64,000 nucleotides of DNA, taken from an uncultured delta proteobacterium. GTDB lineage: Bacteria; Desulfobacterota; Zymogenia; Zymogenales; Zymogenaceae. Below the pieces are notes generated by a model. That model was not told where the DNA came from and made no database searches. It saw only the letters and a list, made by a program, of their open reading frames with translations. The stretch is taken from NCBI GenBank assembly GCA_963792965.1, contig CAWBYW010000009.1, forward strand, positions 256,001 to 320,000. The letters are read 5' to 3'. Position 1 is the stretch's first letter; each line of letters starts with the position of its first letter. The translations under genes and the position numbers were made by a program. Shown here in pieces: positions 29,148-39,122 of this stretch.

Positions 29148-29677
29148 GGAAAATGGCCATGAGGACAATTGAGGAGCTTGAAAAGAAGGAGCTGATCGAC
29201 CTCTTGCAGCGCTGCTGGATGACCCACGACGGGATGTGGCTCTACAGCACCATGCAGGCCTTCGGGATACAGGAGGCAAACCGGCTCAACAAAGCGGCAA
29301 TCAGTATGCTTGCCCCCCTCGAGATCGGGCGGATGAAAAAGACCTTCGGCCTGGAAAAGGAGAAGATCGAGACGTTTGACGAGCTCAAGGAGTTCTTTGC
29401 CCGCGCCTGTGCGCTCTTCGTCCCCGACTTCATGGGCGCGGCCTTTTCTTTTCCTCGCGAAAACACCTTCCGCTGGGAATTCAAGCCGAAGAGCTGCTTT
29501 GCCTACAAGGGGATATCGCGCATCGGGGCGATCGAGGGCTATGAGTGCGGCGTCATCTACCGGGTGCTCTGTTGGCTTGACGCCCTCGGGATTACCTACC
29601 GCGCCCCCGAGATCGGGCGCTGCCGGATGATTGACGCAGATACGTGCTCGGGGGATGTGGAAGTAGACTTCCGTTGA
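29144..29677 (+). CDS. DUF6125-like protein (Cys-containing, putative ligand-binding fold)
   Basis: WMTHDGMW motif; Cys pattern C...C...C-x7-C; overlaps the TetR stop. Confidence 0.7.
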   Translation: MRKMAMRTIEELEKKELIDLLQRCWMTHDGMWLYSTMQAFGIQEANRLNKAAISMLAPLEIGRMKKTFGLEKEKIETFDELKEFFARACALFVPDFMGAAFSFPRENTFRWEFKPKSCFAYKGISRIGAIEGYECGVIYRVLCWLDALGITYRAPEIGRCRMIDADTCSGDVEVDFR

Positions 29678-29746
29678 GAAAAAGGAGGGGTCCGGGGCGC
29701 GGCTATTTCGGATCAGATAACTCGAAAGGAGATTTCCCACCCAAGG

Positions 29747-30400
29747 TCAGATAATATCCCCAAGCTGCTCCTTTAGCTCGAGGTAGTCGAGGATCTTCCT
29801 GAGGCTCTCGGGGTTCTTGATCGTCATCTCGTCTCCCGCCACCGAGAGGAAGTTCTTCTCGGTCAGGTTATCGACGACCCTCCTGGTCTTATCCACCTCA
29901 AGGCCCACGAGGCCGGCCAGATCGACGATAGAAAGCCGCACCACCATCCCGTCCGGGGTCTTGGTCCCTTCTTTCACGGCGATCTTGCTCACCATATCCA
30001 CGACCTTGCTCATCGAATCCTTGATGAGTAGATTCTCGATACGGTGGTCCGCGCCCCTGATCCTCTCGGCCATCTTCCTCAGGATGAGGATGGCCACGTC
30101 GGGACTGTTTTTTATGGTGGATTCGAAGGTCTTCTCGTCGATAACCAGGAGCTTTACGTTGGTTGCCGCGGTCGCCGTGGCCGAGCGGGGCTCCTTTTCG
30201 AGGATCGCCATCTCGCCGAAGAAATCTCCCTTCTCGAGCTCGGCAAGTAGCGTTTCGGTGGCGCGCACCTTCTTTGTGATCCTGACCGTGCCGTCGTGGA
30301 TGATGTACATCTCGTGACCGTCTTCGCCCTCGGTGAAGATCACCGTCCCCCTGAGCAGGGATTTTCCGAACTTTTCGTAGAGCTTGTCCTTTTCAGGCAC
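29747..30400 (-). CDS. Crp/Fnr-family cNMP-binding regulator
   Basis: FFGEMAILEKEPRSATA; degenerate C-terminal HTH; GTG 30400 with GGAGGT SD. Confidence 0.88.
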   Translation of the reverse strand: MPEKDKLYEKFGKSLLRGTVIFTEGEDGHEMYIIHDGTVRITKKVRATETLLAELEKGDFFGEMAILEKEPRSATATAATNVKLLVIDEKTFESTIKNSPDVAILILRKMAERIRGADHRIENLLIKDSMSKVVDMVSKIAVKEGTKTPDGMVVRLSIVDLAGLVGLEVDKTRRVVDNLTEKNFLSVAGDEMTIKNPESLRKILDYLELKEQLGDII

Positions 30401-30460
30401 GCAAACCTCCATGAACTCCCAGAGAACTGTACTGAAAATATCGCAATAAGTCAAGGCTTA

Positions 30461-30489
30461 TTGACATTTGGGGGCAAGTGCGGTATACA
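30461..30489 (+). promoter_or_regulatory. sigma70 promoter of rpe
   Basis: TTGACA-N17-TATACA, back-to-back with a TTGAC on the other strand. Confidence 0.55.
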
Positions 30490-30514
30490 GGAGAAACTAC
30501 TCGGAGGACGACGG

Positions 30515-31181
30515 ATGGAAAAGAAGATCGCCCCCTCGATTCTCTCGGCGGACTTTGCCCGCATCGGCGAGGAGATCAACGCGGTTGGGGCCGGCGGCGC
30601 GGACTGGATCCACGTGGACGTGATGGACGGCGCGTTTGTCCCCAACATCACCATCGGTCCGGCCGTGGTGGCATCGATCAGGAAGGTGACGACGCTCCCC
30701 CTTGATGTCCACCTGATGATACGTCATCCCGACCGGTTCGTAAAAGCATTTTCAGAGGCGGGAGCCGACATTATCACCATACACGTCGAGGCAGATCCAC
30801 ACGTCGACCGAACCCTCAATCTGATCAAATCACTCGGTAAAAAGGCGGGGATATCACTCAACCCCTCTACGCCGCTCTCCGCGGTTGAGGAGGTATTGTC
30901 GATCGTCGATCTCGTGGTGATCATGAGCGTCAACCCCGGGTTTGGAGGCCAAAAGCTGATCCCCTATACGCTCGGCAAGGTCGAGCGACTCAAAGATACC
31001 CTGCTGAGCCGGGGGCTCACGCACGTCGTCATCGAGATCGACGGCGGCATCACCGAGGCCAACATCGCATGACGCCTCCCGCGCGGGCGTGGACGTTTTC
31101 GTGGCGGGCTCCGCAATATTCGGCGCCCGCGACTACGCCGAGGCCATAAAAAAATTGAAGAAGAGTGTTGAAAAGACGTGA
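30515..31181 (+). CDS. rpe: ribulose-phosphate 3-epimerase (frameshift near 31070)
   Basis: IAPSILSADF, HVDVMDG, MSVNPGFGGQ, IDGG; AGVDVFVAGSAIF continues in a shifted frame to TGA 31181. Confidence 0.93.
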
Positions 31182-31196
31182 GCGATCTGGTATAGT
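31168..31196 (+). promoter_or_regulatory. tRNA promoter
   Basis: TTGAAA-N17-TATAGT, 11 nt before the tRNA. Confidence 0.65.
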
Positions 31197-31207
31197 AGCC
31201 AATCTGT

Positions 31208-31286
31208 CGGGATGTAGCGCAGTCTGGTTTAGCGCGCCTGCTTCGGGAGCAGGAGGTCGGAGGTTCAAATCCTCTCATCCCGACCA
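31208..31286 (+). tRNA. tRNA-Pro(CGG)
   Basis: CGGGATG/CATCCCG acceptor stem; anticodon arm CCTGC-TTCGGGA-GCAGG; GGTTCAAATCC T-arm; encoded CCA. Confidence 0.97.
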
Positions 31287-31297
31287 ATTTTCATCTC

Positions 31298-31322
31298 AAA
31301 AGGCCGCGCGCGGCCTTTTTTG
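31298..31322 (+). terminator. intrinsic terminator after the tRNA
   Basis: AAAAGGCCGC...GCGGCCTTTTTT. Confidence 0.8.
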
Positions 31323-31461
31323 CTCCCCCGGGCGAAATGCGGGGACGGCCCGATCGAGGGAAAAGGGGCCAAAAGCCTTAGGTTCGTCCGTTGACCTTAT
31401 CCGGGTACGAGCGCGAAGATACCGATACGATTATTTTTGACCATATACGGGAGGTCCCATC

Positions 31462-31839
31462 ATGAAAAGAAAGACATATACCATCGACTCCTTCCCCAAG
31501 GCCGGTCCCTATTCACACGTGGTCGAGGCGGCCGATCTCCTCTTTGTCTCGGGCACGCTCCCCATCGATGTCGCCAGGGATCTCTTCATCAAGGACGACA
31601 TCACCGCCGCGACCGAGCTTGTCCTGACCAACATCAAGAAGGCCCTCGAGACGGCGGGAAGCTCGCTGGGAAAGGTAGTGAAGGCGACGGTCTTTCTGCG
31701 GGACATGGCTGATTTTGCCGACATGAACGAGGTTTACAGGACCTTCTTCCCTAAAGACCCGCCTGCCCGCTCCTGCATCGCCGTCAGGGAGGTCCCCGGC
31801 AATTACCCTATTGAGATCGAAGTAATCGCCCTGAAGTAG
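31462..31839 (+). CDS. RidA/YjgF family protein
   Basis: GPYSH, LFVSG, VVKATVFL, MNEVY, PARS, IEIE. Confidence 0.93.
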   Translation: MKRKTYTIDSFPKAGPYSHVVEAADLLFVSGTLPIDVARDLFIKDDITAATELVLTNIKKALETAGSSLGKVVKATVFLRDMADFADMNEVYRTFFPKDPPARSCIAVREVPGNYPIEIEVIALK

Positions 31840-31936
31840 GGAGAGCCAACAAGACTGCTTCTTATGCTATGAATCTGCCGACACTTCGGTGTCCCCTGCA
31901 TTAGGCAGGTAAGATCCACGTCGGCGCGCACATATA

Positions 31937-31974
31937 AAGACGGGTGATCATGACGATACATGATCACCCGTCTT
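31937..31974. repeat. perfect 16-bp inverted repeat between convergent genes
   Basis: AAGACGGGTGATCATG-ACGATA-CATGATCACCCGTCTT. Confidence 0.85.
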
Positions 31975-32052
31975 CGTTTATCGAGCGATTTCTATCGCGG
32001 AAAAGCGCGAACGCTTCCCGTATTGACCCTCGGTGGCCGTGGACGATCTACC

Positions 32053-32601
32053 TTATCTGATTACCTTCTTCTTCTCGCCGGCACGGCTGAACTCGAACCG
32101 GCAGACCGGGTCTCCCTTGCTGACGCAGAGGACCTCTTCCCCCTCGTAGACCGCATCGAAGGCGCCGCTGGCCGCCCCGGCGTAGAGGCCCGCGCAAAGA
32201 ATGCAGGTGGCCTTCTTCTCTTTCGTGTCGGGATTGGCCTCGCCAAACCCCGCCGCCTCCCACGTCCCGGGAAAGTCGATGGTCAATGTGCCCGTACCCT
32301 CATCGTACTGGATGTCCTTGATCCTTCCCCACCCGAGGTTCTTGATCAGATCGAGGTGCTGCTTTATCTGCTCGATTCCTCCGCCGAAATACTGCCGCAT
32401 CCGATCACCGGCGATCTTGCCCGAGGAGAAGCCCGCCTCGTAAATCTGCCGCTTCGCGACCGGTCCCAACAATCCCACGAGCCGATCTACCATATTGGCA
32501 AGGAGCGCCACCGAGAAGATGACCCAGCGCCGATTGAAAGCATGGATCTCGTCATTGTCGTCTACCTGAAAAATCCCCGCGCCTAATTGCTTATCTGCCA
32601 T
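32053..32601 (-). CDS. stand-alone V4R-domain protein
   Basis: GWG; C..CAGLYAG; EEVLCVSKGDPVCRF; GGAGG SD before ATG 32601. Confidence 0.85.
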   Translation of the reverse strand: MADKQLGAGIFQVDDNDEIHAFNRRWVIFSVALLANMVDRLVGLLGPVAKRQIYEAGFSSGKIAGDRMRQYFGGGIEQIKQHLDLIKNLGWGRIKDIQYDEGTGTLTIDFPGTWEAAGFGEANPDTKEKKATCILCAGLYAGAASGAFDAVYEGEEVLCVSKGDPVCRFEFSRAGEKKKVIR

Positions 32602-32638
32602 GGTTTCCTCCCGTGATGTAACATAGTCATCCTTGGAC

Positions 32639-32667
32639 ACTATAATGATTAATCAGGTGATTGTCAA
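32639..32667 (-). promoter_or_regulatory. sigma70 promoter of the V4R gene
   Basis: TTGACA-N17-TATAGT; palindrome TGATTAATCA in the spacer. Confidence 0.7.
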
Positions 32668-32827
32668 GATGAAACATCCCGGCCGAATCGTCGCCTCATG
32701 CTGCCGGATCGTCCGCGAGCGGGAGGAGAGCCTCACAGGATTGAGAAGAGAGGATGAGACGGGCCCGGCGCCGACCAGTAAACCACCGGGGCGCCGTACG
32801 GGTGACGAGCGTCTTCAGAGGGTCGGC

Positions 32828-33863
32828 TCACGCCTCACCGGGGACGAGCGTGATCTCGTGTTTGACCAGGCGCCGCAGGATCGTGATGGCAAGCGTCGGG
32901 TTTTTGGGCAGTCCCGAGAGGATCCGGTGGATGTCGTCCACGCCCTTGACGCCCGTTCCGTTGATAAAGACAATGAGGTCGCCCGACATCAGTCCCGCCC
33001 GGCTGGCCGGGCCGCCCTTCTCCACCGCGGCGACCTCGACGACGGTATCGTACTTCAGGCCGAAATGGAGCATCACGCGCCTCCCGATGCGCGCGCGACT
33101 GCGCGGTGATGCCGAGGTAGTATCTCTTCACCTTTCCGTCGGTAAGGATCTCCCCCACCACCCAGCGCGCCGTGTTAACGGGGATGGCAAAGCTGATTCC
33201 CTGGGCCATGAAAATGATCGCGGTGTTGATGCCGATCACGCGCCCTCCGCTGTCCACGAGCGGTCCGCCGGAATTGCCCGGGTTGAGGGCCACGTCGGTC
33301 TGTATGACGTTATCGATGAGCCGGCCCGACTGGCTCCTCAGGCTCCTCCCGAGGGCCGAAATTACCCCGGTGGAGACGGTGCTCTGAAAGCCGAAGGGGT
33401 TCCCGATGGCAATGACAAGCTGGCCGACCTTGAGGCCGTCCGAATCTCCGAGCTCGGCAAAGGGGAGCTTGCCCGAGTCCATGCGCACGACCGCCAGGTC
33501 CGTAGCCGGGTCGGTCCCGACGACGGAGACGGGATAGGTGTTTCCGTCGGTCAGGGTGCCCGTCAGCGTCTTTGCCCCCTCCACCACGTGGTTGTTGGTG
33601 AGGATAAAGCCGTCCGGGGTGATAATGACACCGGAGCCCGCTCCCTCGCCCGCGGGAGATCGCCCGGCCTTTTCTTTAGTTACCTGAATGCTCAACACGG
33701 CGGGCCCGACCCGCTCCACCACGTTGACGACGGCCCGCGAATAGGCGTCAAGCAGGTCGCGGTCATCGTCGCCCACCCTGGGCGTCCCCTCGCCTCCGTA
33801 TCGGGGCGAGTGGCTCGGGAGGGATATGAGTCTTACCGTGTTCGGGTTAATATTTTTTTTCAT
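32828..33863 (-). CDS. HtrA/DegP-like serine protease with one PDZ (frameshift near 33090)
   Basis: TNNHVV, TDLAV, IQTDVALNPGNSGGPL; PDZ (GGPASRAGLMSGDLI) in a shifted frame. Confidence 0.9.
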
Positions 33864-33963
33864 GGCTGTCTCGATCCATTGGAAAAAGGTTATGAGCCGT
33901 CTACGGTGCTCTCCATACAGGGAACCGGACCGGCCACCGGTTGTTACTTCATCGACTCATCTT

Positions 33964-33992
33964 AATATAGGTACTCCTCCCCGCCTTGTCAA
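33964..33992 (-). promoter_or_regulatory. sigma70 promoter of the HtrA gene
   Basis: TTGACA-N17-TATATT. Confidence 0.6.
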
Positions 33993-34246
33993 TGAACCGG
34001 CCCTCGATTTTGTACCAACGGATCCATACGGCCGGGAATATCGCCGCGGTCTTTGTCCAAAATATTCCTGTTGACCATTTTTCAGGAATGGGGGAGAATA
34101 ATTCAGTGCCGGCTATTCCACGATGCGGCCTGGCCGATTTTCCGCGTGGAGCGTCCTGAGTCACGAGGCACGCGTTATCACGTTCCGTTTTTGGGCGCTC
34201 GCGCCAATATCCACCTCACGTATGGCATAAAAAAGGAGGAGACGAG

Positions 34247-36133
34247 ATGAAGACGGTCTTGAAGGTGCTCAAGGTCATCCTTTTCTCCCTTGTCGGCGCT
34301 GGTCGCCGCGATAGTGATCATCTTTCTCCTCCTACCCAGGGGACACGGCCAGCTGATGAAATTCGACGATCCGTACCATGTCGCCCGAAAGTCGGTCACG
34401 AGCCGTGACTATATGGCGTCTACCGGCTCGCCGTGGGCAACAGCTGCGGCTCTCAAGATACTGGAGGCGGGTGGGAACGCCTTCGATGCGGGTATGGCCG
34501 CCCTCCTCGTCCTCAACGTCACCATCCCCGAGGCGGCGAGCTTCCCCTGCGTGGCGCCCACGATGATCTACGATGCGCGCACAAACGAAGTCGTTAGCTA
34601 CTGCGGCGTGGGCAAGGCGCCCAAAAAGGCCACCATCGACTTCTTCCGGGAAAAGGGCTACAAGACCATGCCCAAACTCACGATCCTTTCCCAGCTCATC
34701 CCGGCGTCGCCCGACGTCATGGTCGCGGTCCTTGAAAAATACGGAACGATGAGCTTTGGCCAAATCAGCGCCCCGGCCATCAGGCTTGCCCGGGAGGGGT
34801 TCCCGGTTCATTCGATGATGCTCAATCACCTCGATCTCAACCCGGTGGAGCGCTTCGCCTTCTTCGTCATGATGCCCTATAACGTAAAGGTCTACCTCGG
34901 TGGAAAGTGGTATAAGCCCCTCTACCACGGGGAGCGTTTCGTGCAGCCTGACCTCGCCGGCACCCTCGAGTCGCTCGTGGCGGCCGAGAAGAAGGCCGTC
35001 GAGGCCGGCGGCACGAGGTCGGACGGGCTGAAAGCGGTGAGGGACTATTTTTACCGGGGCCCTATCGCCGACGCCATCGTCAAATTTCATGAGGCAAACG
35101 GCGGGCTCTTTTCGCGGGAGGACCTGTCTGAATACGCCGGCTACTGGGAAAAGCCCGTCACCGGAAACTTCAGGGGTTATACCATTAACGCCAACGGGCC
35201 GTGGAACCAGGGGGCGGTCCTCCCGATGGCCCTCATGATACTGGACGGCATCGACCTGAAGGCCATGGGGCACAACTCGCCCGAATACGTACACACGGTC
35301 CTTCAGGCGATTGAGCTGGCGATGGCCGACCGAGAGGCATATTTCGGCGACCCCGCGTTCGTCGACGTCCCGATCACCGGCTCTCCTGGATAAACGCTAC
35401 GCGGCCCTCCGCAGATCGCTCATGACGCCCGGCAAGGCCTTCGGCGCCATGCCGCCCGCCGGGCGACCCGGTCAATTTGAGGCCGACCGGGGGACGGATC
35501 GTGTCCGCGGGTCTGGACGGTCCGTCCTTGAAACACTCGGACCGTCCCGCCCTCGATACCACCTACCTTGCGGTGACCGACGCCCGGGGTAACTCCATAT
35601 CGCTGACCCCGAGCGATTTTCCACAGTCCCCGATGGTCCCGGGGACGGGGCTCTGCCTCGGCGTCAGGATGACCCAGTTCAGGCTCATCCCCGGCCACCC
35701 CAACGCCCTCATGCCGGGCAAGAGGCCCCGCATCACCCCCAACTCCCCCCTCGTCACAAAGGACGGCCGTCTCTTCATGACGTTCGGCTCCCCCGAGGGT
35801 GACCAGCAGCCGCAGGCGCTTGTTCAGGTTTTCCTTAACCTCATCGTCTTCGGCATGGATATCCAGGACGCCATCGACGCCCCGCGCTTTCGGTCGAAGA
35901 ACTTTCCCGACTCCTTCTCACCCCACGAGTACAATCCCGGGACCGTGGAGATGGAGCAGTCTCTCTACGACAAGGTGGGCAAGGACCTCGAGAAGATGGG
36001 ATATACCGTGGAGGTGGTAGACGACTGGACGTGGGAGATGGGGGCGATAGGCGCCATCATCCGCGACCCCGAAACCGGCGCGCTCACCGGCGGGGCCGAT
36101 CCTCGCCAGGAGAACTGGGCGGCGGGGAAATAA
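34247..36133 (+). CDS. gamma-glutamyltransferase family protein (about 3 frameshifts)
   Basis: GGNAFDA, LAMADRE, DTTYL nucleophile, PGKRPRIT, GGADPR; AAGGAGG SD before ATG 34247. Confidence 0.88.
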
Positions 36134-36203
36134 TCGAAGGACGAGGTGATGGGGGCGCACTGCGACGCATCGCCGCACGATGATTGAAGACTATGCACAG
36201 TGA

Positions 36204-36246
36204 GGAGTCCCGCGCGGCGGCCCGTAAGGCGCCACCGCGGGACTCC
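36204..36246. repeat. GC-rich hairpin between GGT and cupin genes
   Basis: GGAGTCCCGCG/CGCGGGACTCC perfect 11 bp plus an inner stem with a GTAA loop. Confidence 0.7.
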
Positions 36247-36291
36247 CTGTTTCGACGAGAGGCGCCAGTAACTTCTTATAGAGGAAAGAAC

Positions 36292-36642
36292 ATGATCATC
36301 CACAGTCTCGATAAGGTCACGAAGATCACGCCCATCATGGAGGGGGCAAAGGACGTACAAAAACAGCTCCCGATCGCGGCCGCGGACGGGACACCTTCGT
36401 TCTCGGTCCGGGTCTTCACCATCGGCGTGGGCGGGCATACCCCGTACCACAGCCATCCGTTCGAGCACATTAATTACGTCATCGAAGGCCAGGGCGTTAT
36501 CGTGGATGAGAAGGGAAAGGAAAGCCCGGTCAAGAAGGGCGATTTCGGCTTGATCCTCCCGGACGAGAAGCACAGCTACAGAAACACCTCAAAGACCGCC
36601 GACCTCGTAGTGATCTGTGCCGTGCCGAAGGCGTACGAATAG
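36292..36642 (+). CDS. cupin-domain protein
   Basis: HTPYHSHPFEH...EKHSYRN. Confidence 0.9.
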   Translation: MIIHSLDKVTKITPIMEGAKDVQKQLPIAAADGTPSFSVRVFTIGVGGHTPYHSHPFEHINYVIEGQGVIVDEKGKESPVKKGDFGLILPDEKHSYRNTSKTADLVVICAVPKAYE

Positions 36643-36705
36643 ACATGTCGCCCCACTAATAGGCGGTGCTCTCATGGGGCGTTGAAGGGAGAGAAGTGAA
36701 AGTAC

Positions 36706-37338
36706 CTACTTCTGTTTCACGCATTGCGATCGCGTCCGGTTAAGCTCGCACAGTTTCCCGAAGACCTCCCCCACCTGGCGCTCGAGATCCTGGAGGGTTC
36801 CCGTATTGTCGATGACGAAATCCGCCCTCCGTTTCTTCTCGTCCATATCCATCTGCTTGGCGATCCGGTTGATCGCCTCCGCGCGGGAAAAGCCATCCCG
36901 TTTCATGAGGCGTGCTATCTGGGTTTCCCTGTCCACCCAGACCACCACCACGCAGTCGACGATCTTCTCCCCGCCGGACTCGTAAAGAAGCGGAATATCG
37001 AGCATGAGGATCGTGTCCCCCGGGTTCTTCTTATAGCGGCCCATCTCTTCGGCCATCTCGGCGTAGACCGCCGGGTGGACAATGCTGTTGAGGTCCGTGA
37101 GCGCCCGAGCATCGGCAAAAACGATGTCCCTGAGCCTTTCCCGGTCGAGCGTGCCATCGGCGCTTATCACACCACTTCCGAAACGCTCCCGAATCCGGGC
37201 AAGCGCCGGCCTCCCCGGCTCCACCACTTTCCGGGCAAGGATGTCTGAGTCCACCAGCCTCACCCCGAGCCCTTCGAACGCGCGCGCCGCCGTGCTCTTT
37301 CCGCTCCCGATTCCTCCGGTCAGCCCAACGATCAGCAT
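36706..37338 (-). CDS. coaE: dephospho-CoA kinase
   Basis: GLTGGIGSGKST, IVHP, DIPLLYE. Confidence 0.96.
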   Translation of the reverse strand: MLIVGLTGGIGSGKSTAARAFEGLGVRLVDSDILARKVVEPGRPALARIRERFGSGVISADGTLDRERLRDIVFADARALTDLNSIVHPAVYAEMAEEMGRYKKNPGDTILMLDIPLLYESGGEKIVDCVVVVWVDRETQIARLMKRDGFSRAEAINRIAKQMDMDEKKRRADFVIDNTGTLQDLERQVGEVFGKLCELNRTRSQCVKQK

Positions 37339-37344
37339 AAGTCC

Positions 37345-38142
37345 CTATCCTTTCAGCATGATTCCCGCAAGCATCCGTCCCGTTTCGGCACCGTCCCTCC
37401 GGTACGAATAGAAGAGCTCCGCGTGGCACCGCGTGCAGAGATCGATCGAATGGATTCGATCCGGACCTACCCCCGCCTCCATGAGGAGACGGCGGTTGAG
37501 GCCGGCCAGATCCATCATCGCCTTCCCGCGCTCTCTCGTCTCAAAGAATTCTCCCCCGAAGGGAAAAGCCCGGCTCGCCGACTCGACCACGTCCTGTCCC
37601 ACCTCGTAGCAGCACGGGCCGATAGCCGGGCCGAGCGCGGCGGCAATGTCCGGCGGGGAAGAGCCGAACGCTTCGGCCATCGTCCGCACGGTCTTTTGTG
37701 CGATCCCGAGGACCGTTCCCCTCCATCCGGCATGGACGGCGGCAATGACCCTCCGCTTTGTGTCGACCATGAGGATCGGGAGGCAGTCCGCCGTCAGCAC
37801 CGAGAGGACAAGCCCGGGAAGGGTCGTAACCGCGGCGTCGACCTCGATGCGCGCCCGTGAGTCCGCGGGCTCGGGAAAATCCCGGATCACCGTGACATCG
37901 TCGCCGTGTACCTGCCTCATGACGAAGAGGGCCGACGGCTTCACGCCGAATGAGCGCCCGGCCGCCTCAAAGCTCTCCCGGACGGTGCGATTATCTCCCT
38001 TCCGGTGGTCGAAGTCAAGCGCGGGCCCGCCGGAGGGGTGGGCGGTCCTGGCCGTGAAGAGATAGCGGACTTCGCCCAGGCCGTCGAACGAATCGATCGT
38101 GATGCCCGTTAAGACGGTATCTCGCAGCAACTCAGTTTTCAT
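37345..38142 (-). CDS. pgeF: PgeF/YfiH family protein
   Basis: QVHG, TADCLP, HAGWRG, GPCCYEVG, YSYRR. Confidence 0.93.
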   Translation of the reverse strand: MKTELLRDTVLTGITIDSFDGLGEVRYLFTARTAHPSGGPALDFDHRKGDNRTVRESFEAAGRSFGVKPSALFVMRQVHGDDVTVIRDFPEPADSRARIEVDAAVTTLPGLVLSVLTADCLPILMVDTKRRVIAAVHAGWRGTVLGIAQKTVRTMAEAFGSSPPDIAAALGPAIGPCCYEVGQDVVESASRAFPFGGEFFETRERGKAMMDLAGLNRRLLMEAGVGPDRIHSIDLCTRCHAELFYSYRRDGAETGRMLAGIMLKG

Positions 38143-39115
38143 CGCGCAATACCGAAAGGAGATGTGCTATGTCGGCAGGAAGGGCCGACTCAAAGTGCAT
38201 AAATTCCCCCGTCACCGGGTGGACAAAGCCAAGGGAGGAGGCATGGAGCGCCTGCCGCCCGAGCTTTTGCACCGCTTCCCGCACTAAACCGCTTTCGAGC
38301 CTCTTTGCCGCGCGCATCGAGCCGTAGGTGCGATCGCCGACGATGGGATGGCCGAGCGATGCCATGTGCACCCTGATCTGGTGGGTCCTGCCGGTTTTGA
38401 GCCGAAATTGGCCGTATGTCATGTGTGGGAAGCGCTCAAGCACACGGTATTCGGTAATCGCTTCCCGCCCCGTTTCGGTGCGCGTGGTCATCCGCTTTCG
38501 CTCTCGTGAGTGCCTGCCGATGAGCGTCTCGATCGTCCCGTTGTCCTGCCCGATCCTCCCCCAACAGATCCCATGATAGAGACGCTCAGTGGTATGGGAC
38601 GAGAACTGCAGCTTAAGCCCCGCCAGCGCCGTGTCGTCCTTTGCCACCACCAACAGCCCCGAGGTATCTTTGTCAAGCCGGTGGACGATCCCGGGCCTGT
38701 CCGGGCCGGCCTCGGCGGCCAGGCGCATCCCCCGAAAGAGAAGCGCCGAGATAAGGGTTCCCGATATCCTGCCCGCCCCCGGATGGACGGAGAGGCCCGC
38801 CGGCTTATCGATCACCGCGATCCAGTCATCCTCGAAGACGACGGCGACCGGGATATCCTCGGGCCCGAACACGGCCTCTCTGGGGGCTGGCAGGCGGACC
38901 TCGATGCGGCTGTGCGCCCTCAACGCGGCGCCGGGCTGCGCGCTCACTCCGTCGACGAGCACTTGTCCATCCCTGATGATCTTCTGGAAAAATGAGCGGG
39001 AATGCTCAGGAAAGCGTTGGGAAAGGTATCGATCAAGCCGCGCGCCGTGGCCCTCAACCTCGACGGTGAGCGAGAGGCTCTCCTTTTCTTTTTTCGGTAG
39101 GGTCGTATCGTCCAA
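38132..39115 (-). CDS. rluD: RluD-type pseudouridine synthase
   Basis: S4 domain; GIVHRLDKDTSG; TGRTHQIRVH; QALHA. Confidence 0.93.
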   Translation of the reverse strand: MDDTTLPKKEKESLSLTVEVEGHGARLDRYLSQRFPEHSRSFFQKIIRDGQVLVDGVSAQPGAALRAHSRIEVRLPAPREAVFGPEDIPVAVVFEDDWIAVIDKPAGLSVHPGAGRISGTLISALLFRGMRLAAEAGPDRPGIVHRLDKDTSGLLVVAKDDTALAGLKLQFSSHTTERLYHGICWGRIGQDNGTIETLIGRHSRERKRMTTRTETGREAITEYRVLERFPHMTYGQFRLKTGRTHQIRVHMASLGHPIVGDRTYGSMRAAKRLESGLVREAVQKLGRQALHASSLGFVHPVTGEFMHFESALPADIAHLLSVLRDEN

Positions 39116-39122
39116 GGCCGGC

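Noticed and set aside
31070-31072. TGA inside rpe as selenocysteine or read-through
   Set aside because: The remaining Rpe sequence is in a different frame (net +1), so this is an indel rather than in-frame recoding.
31208-36700. Genomic island integrated at tRNA-Pro
   Set aside because: No integrase, no duplicated tRNA 3' end noticed, and no clear composition shift.
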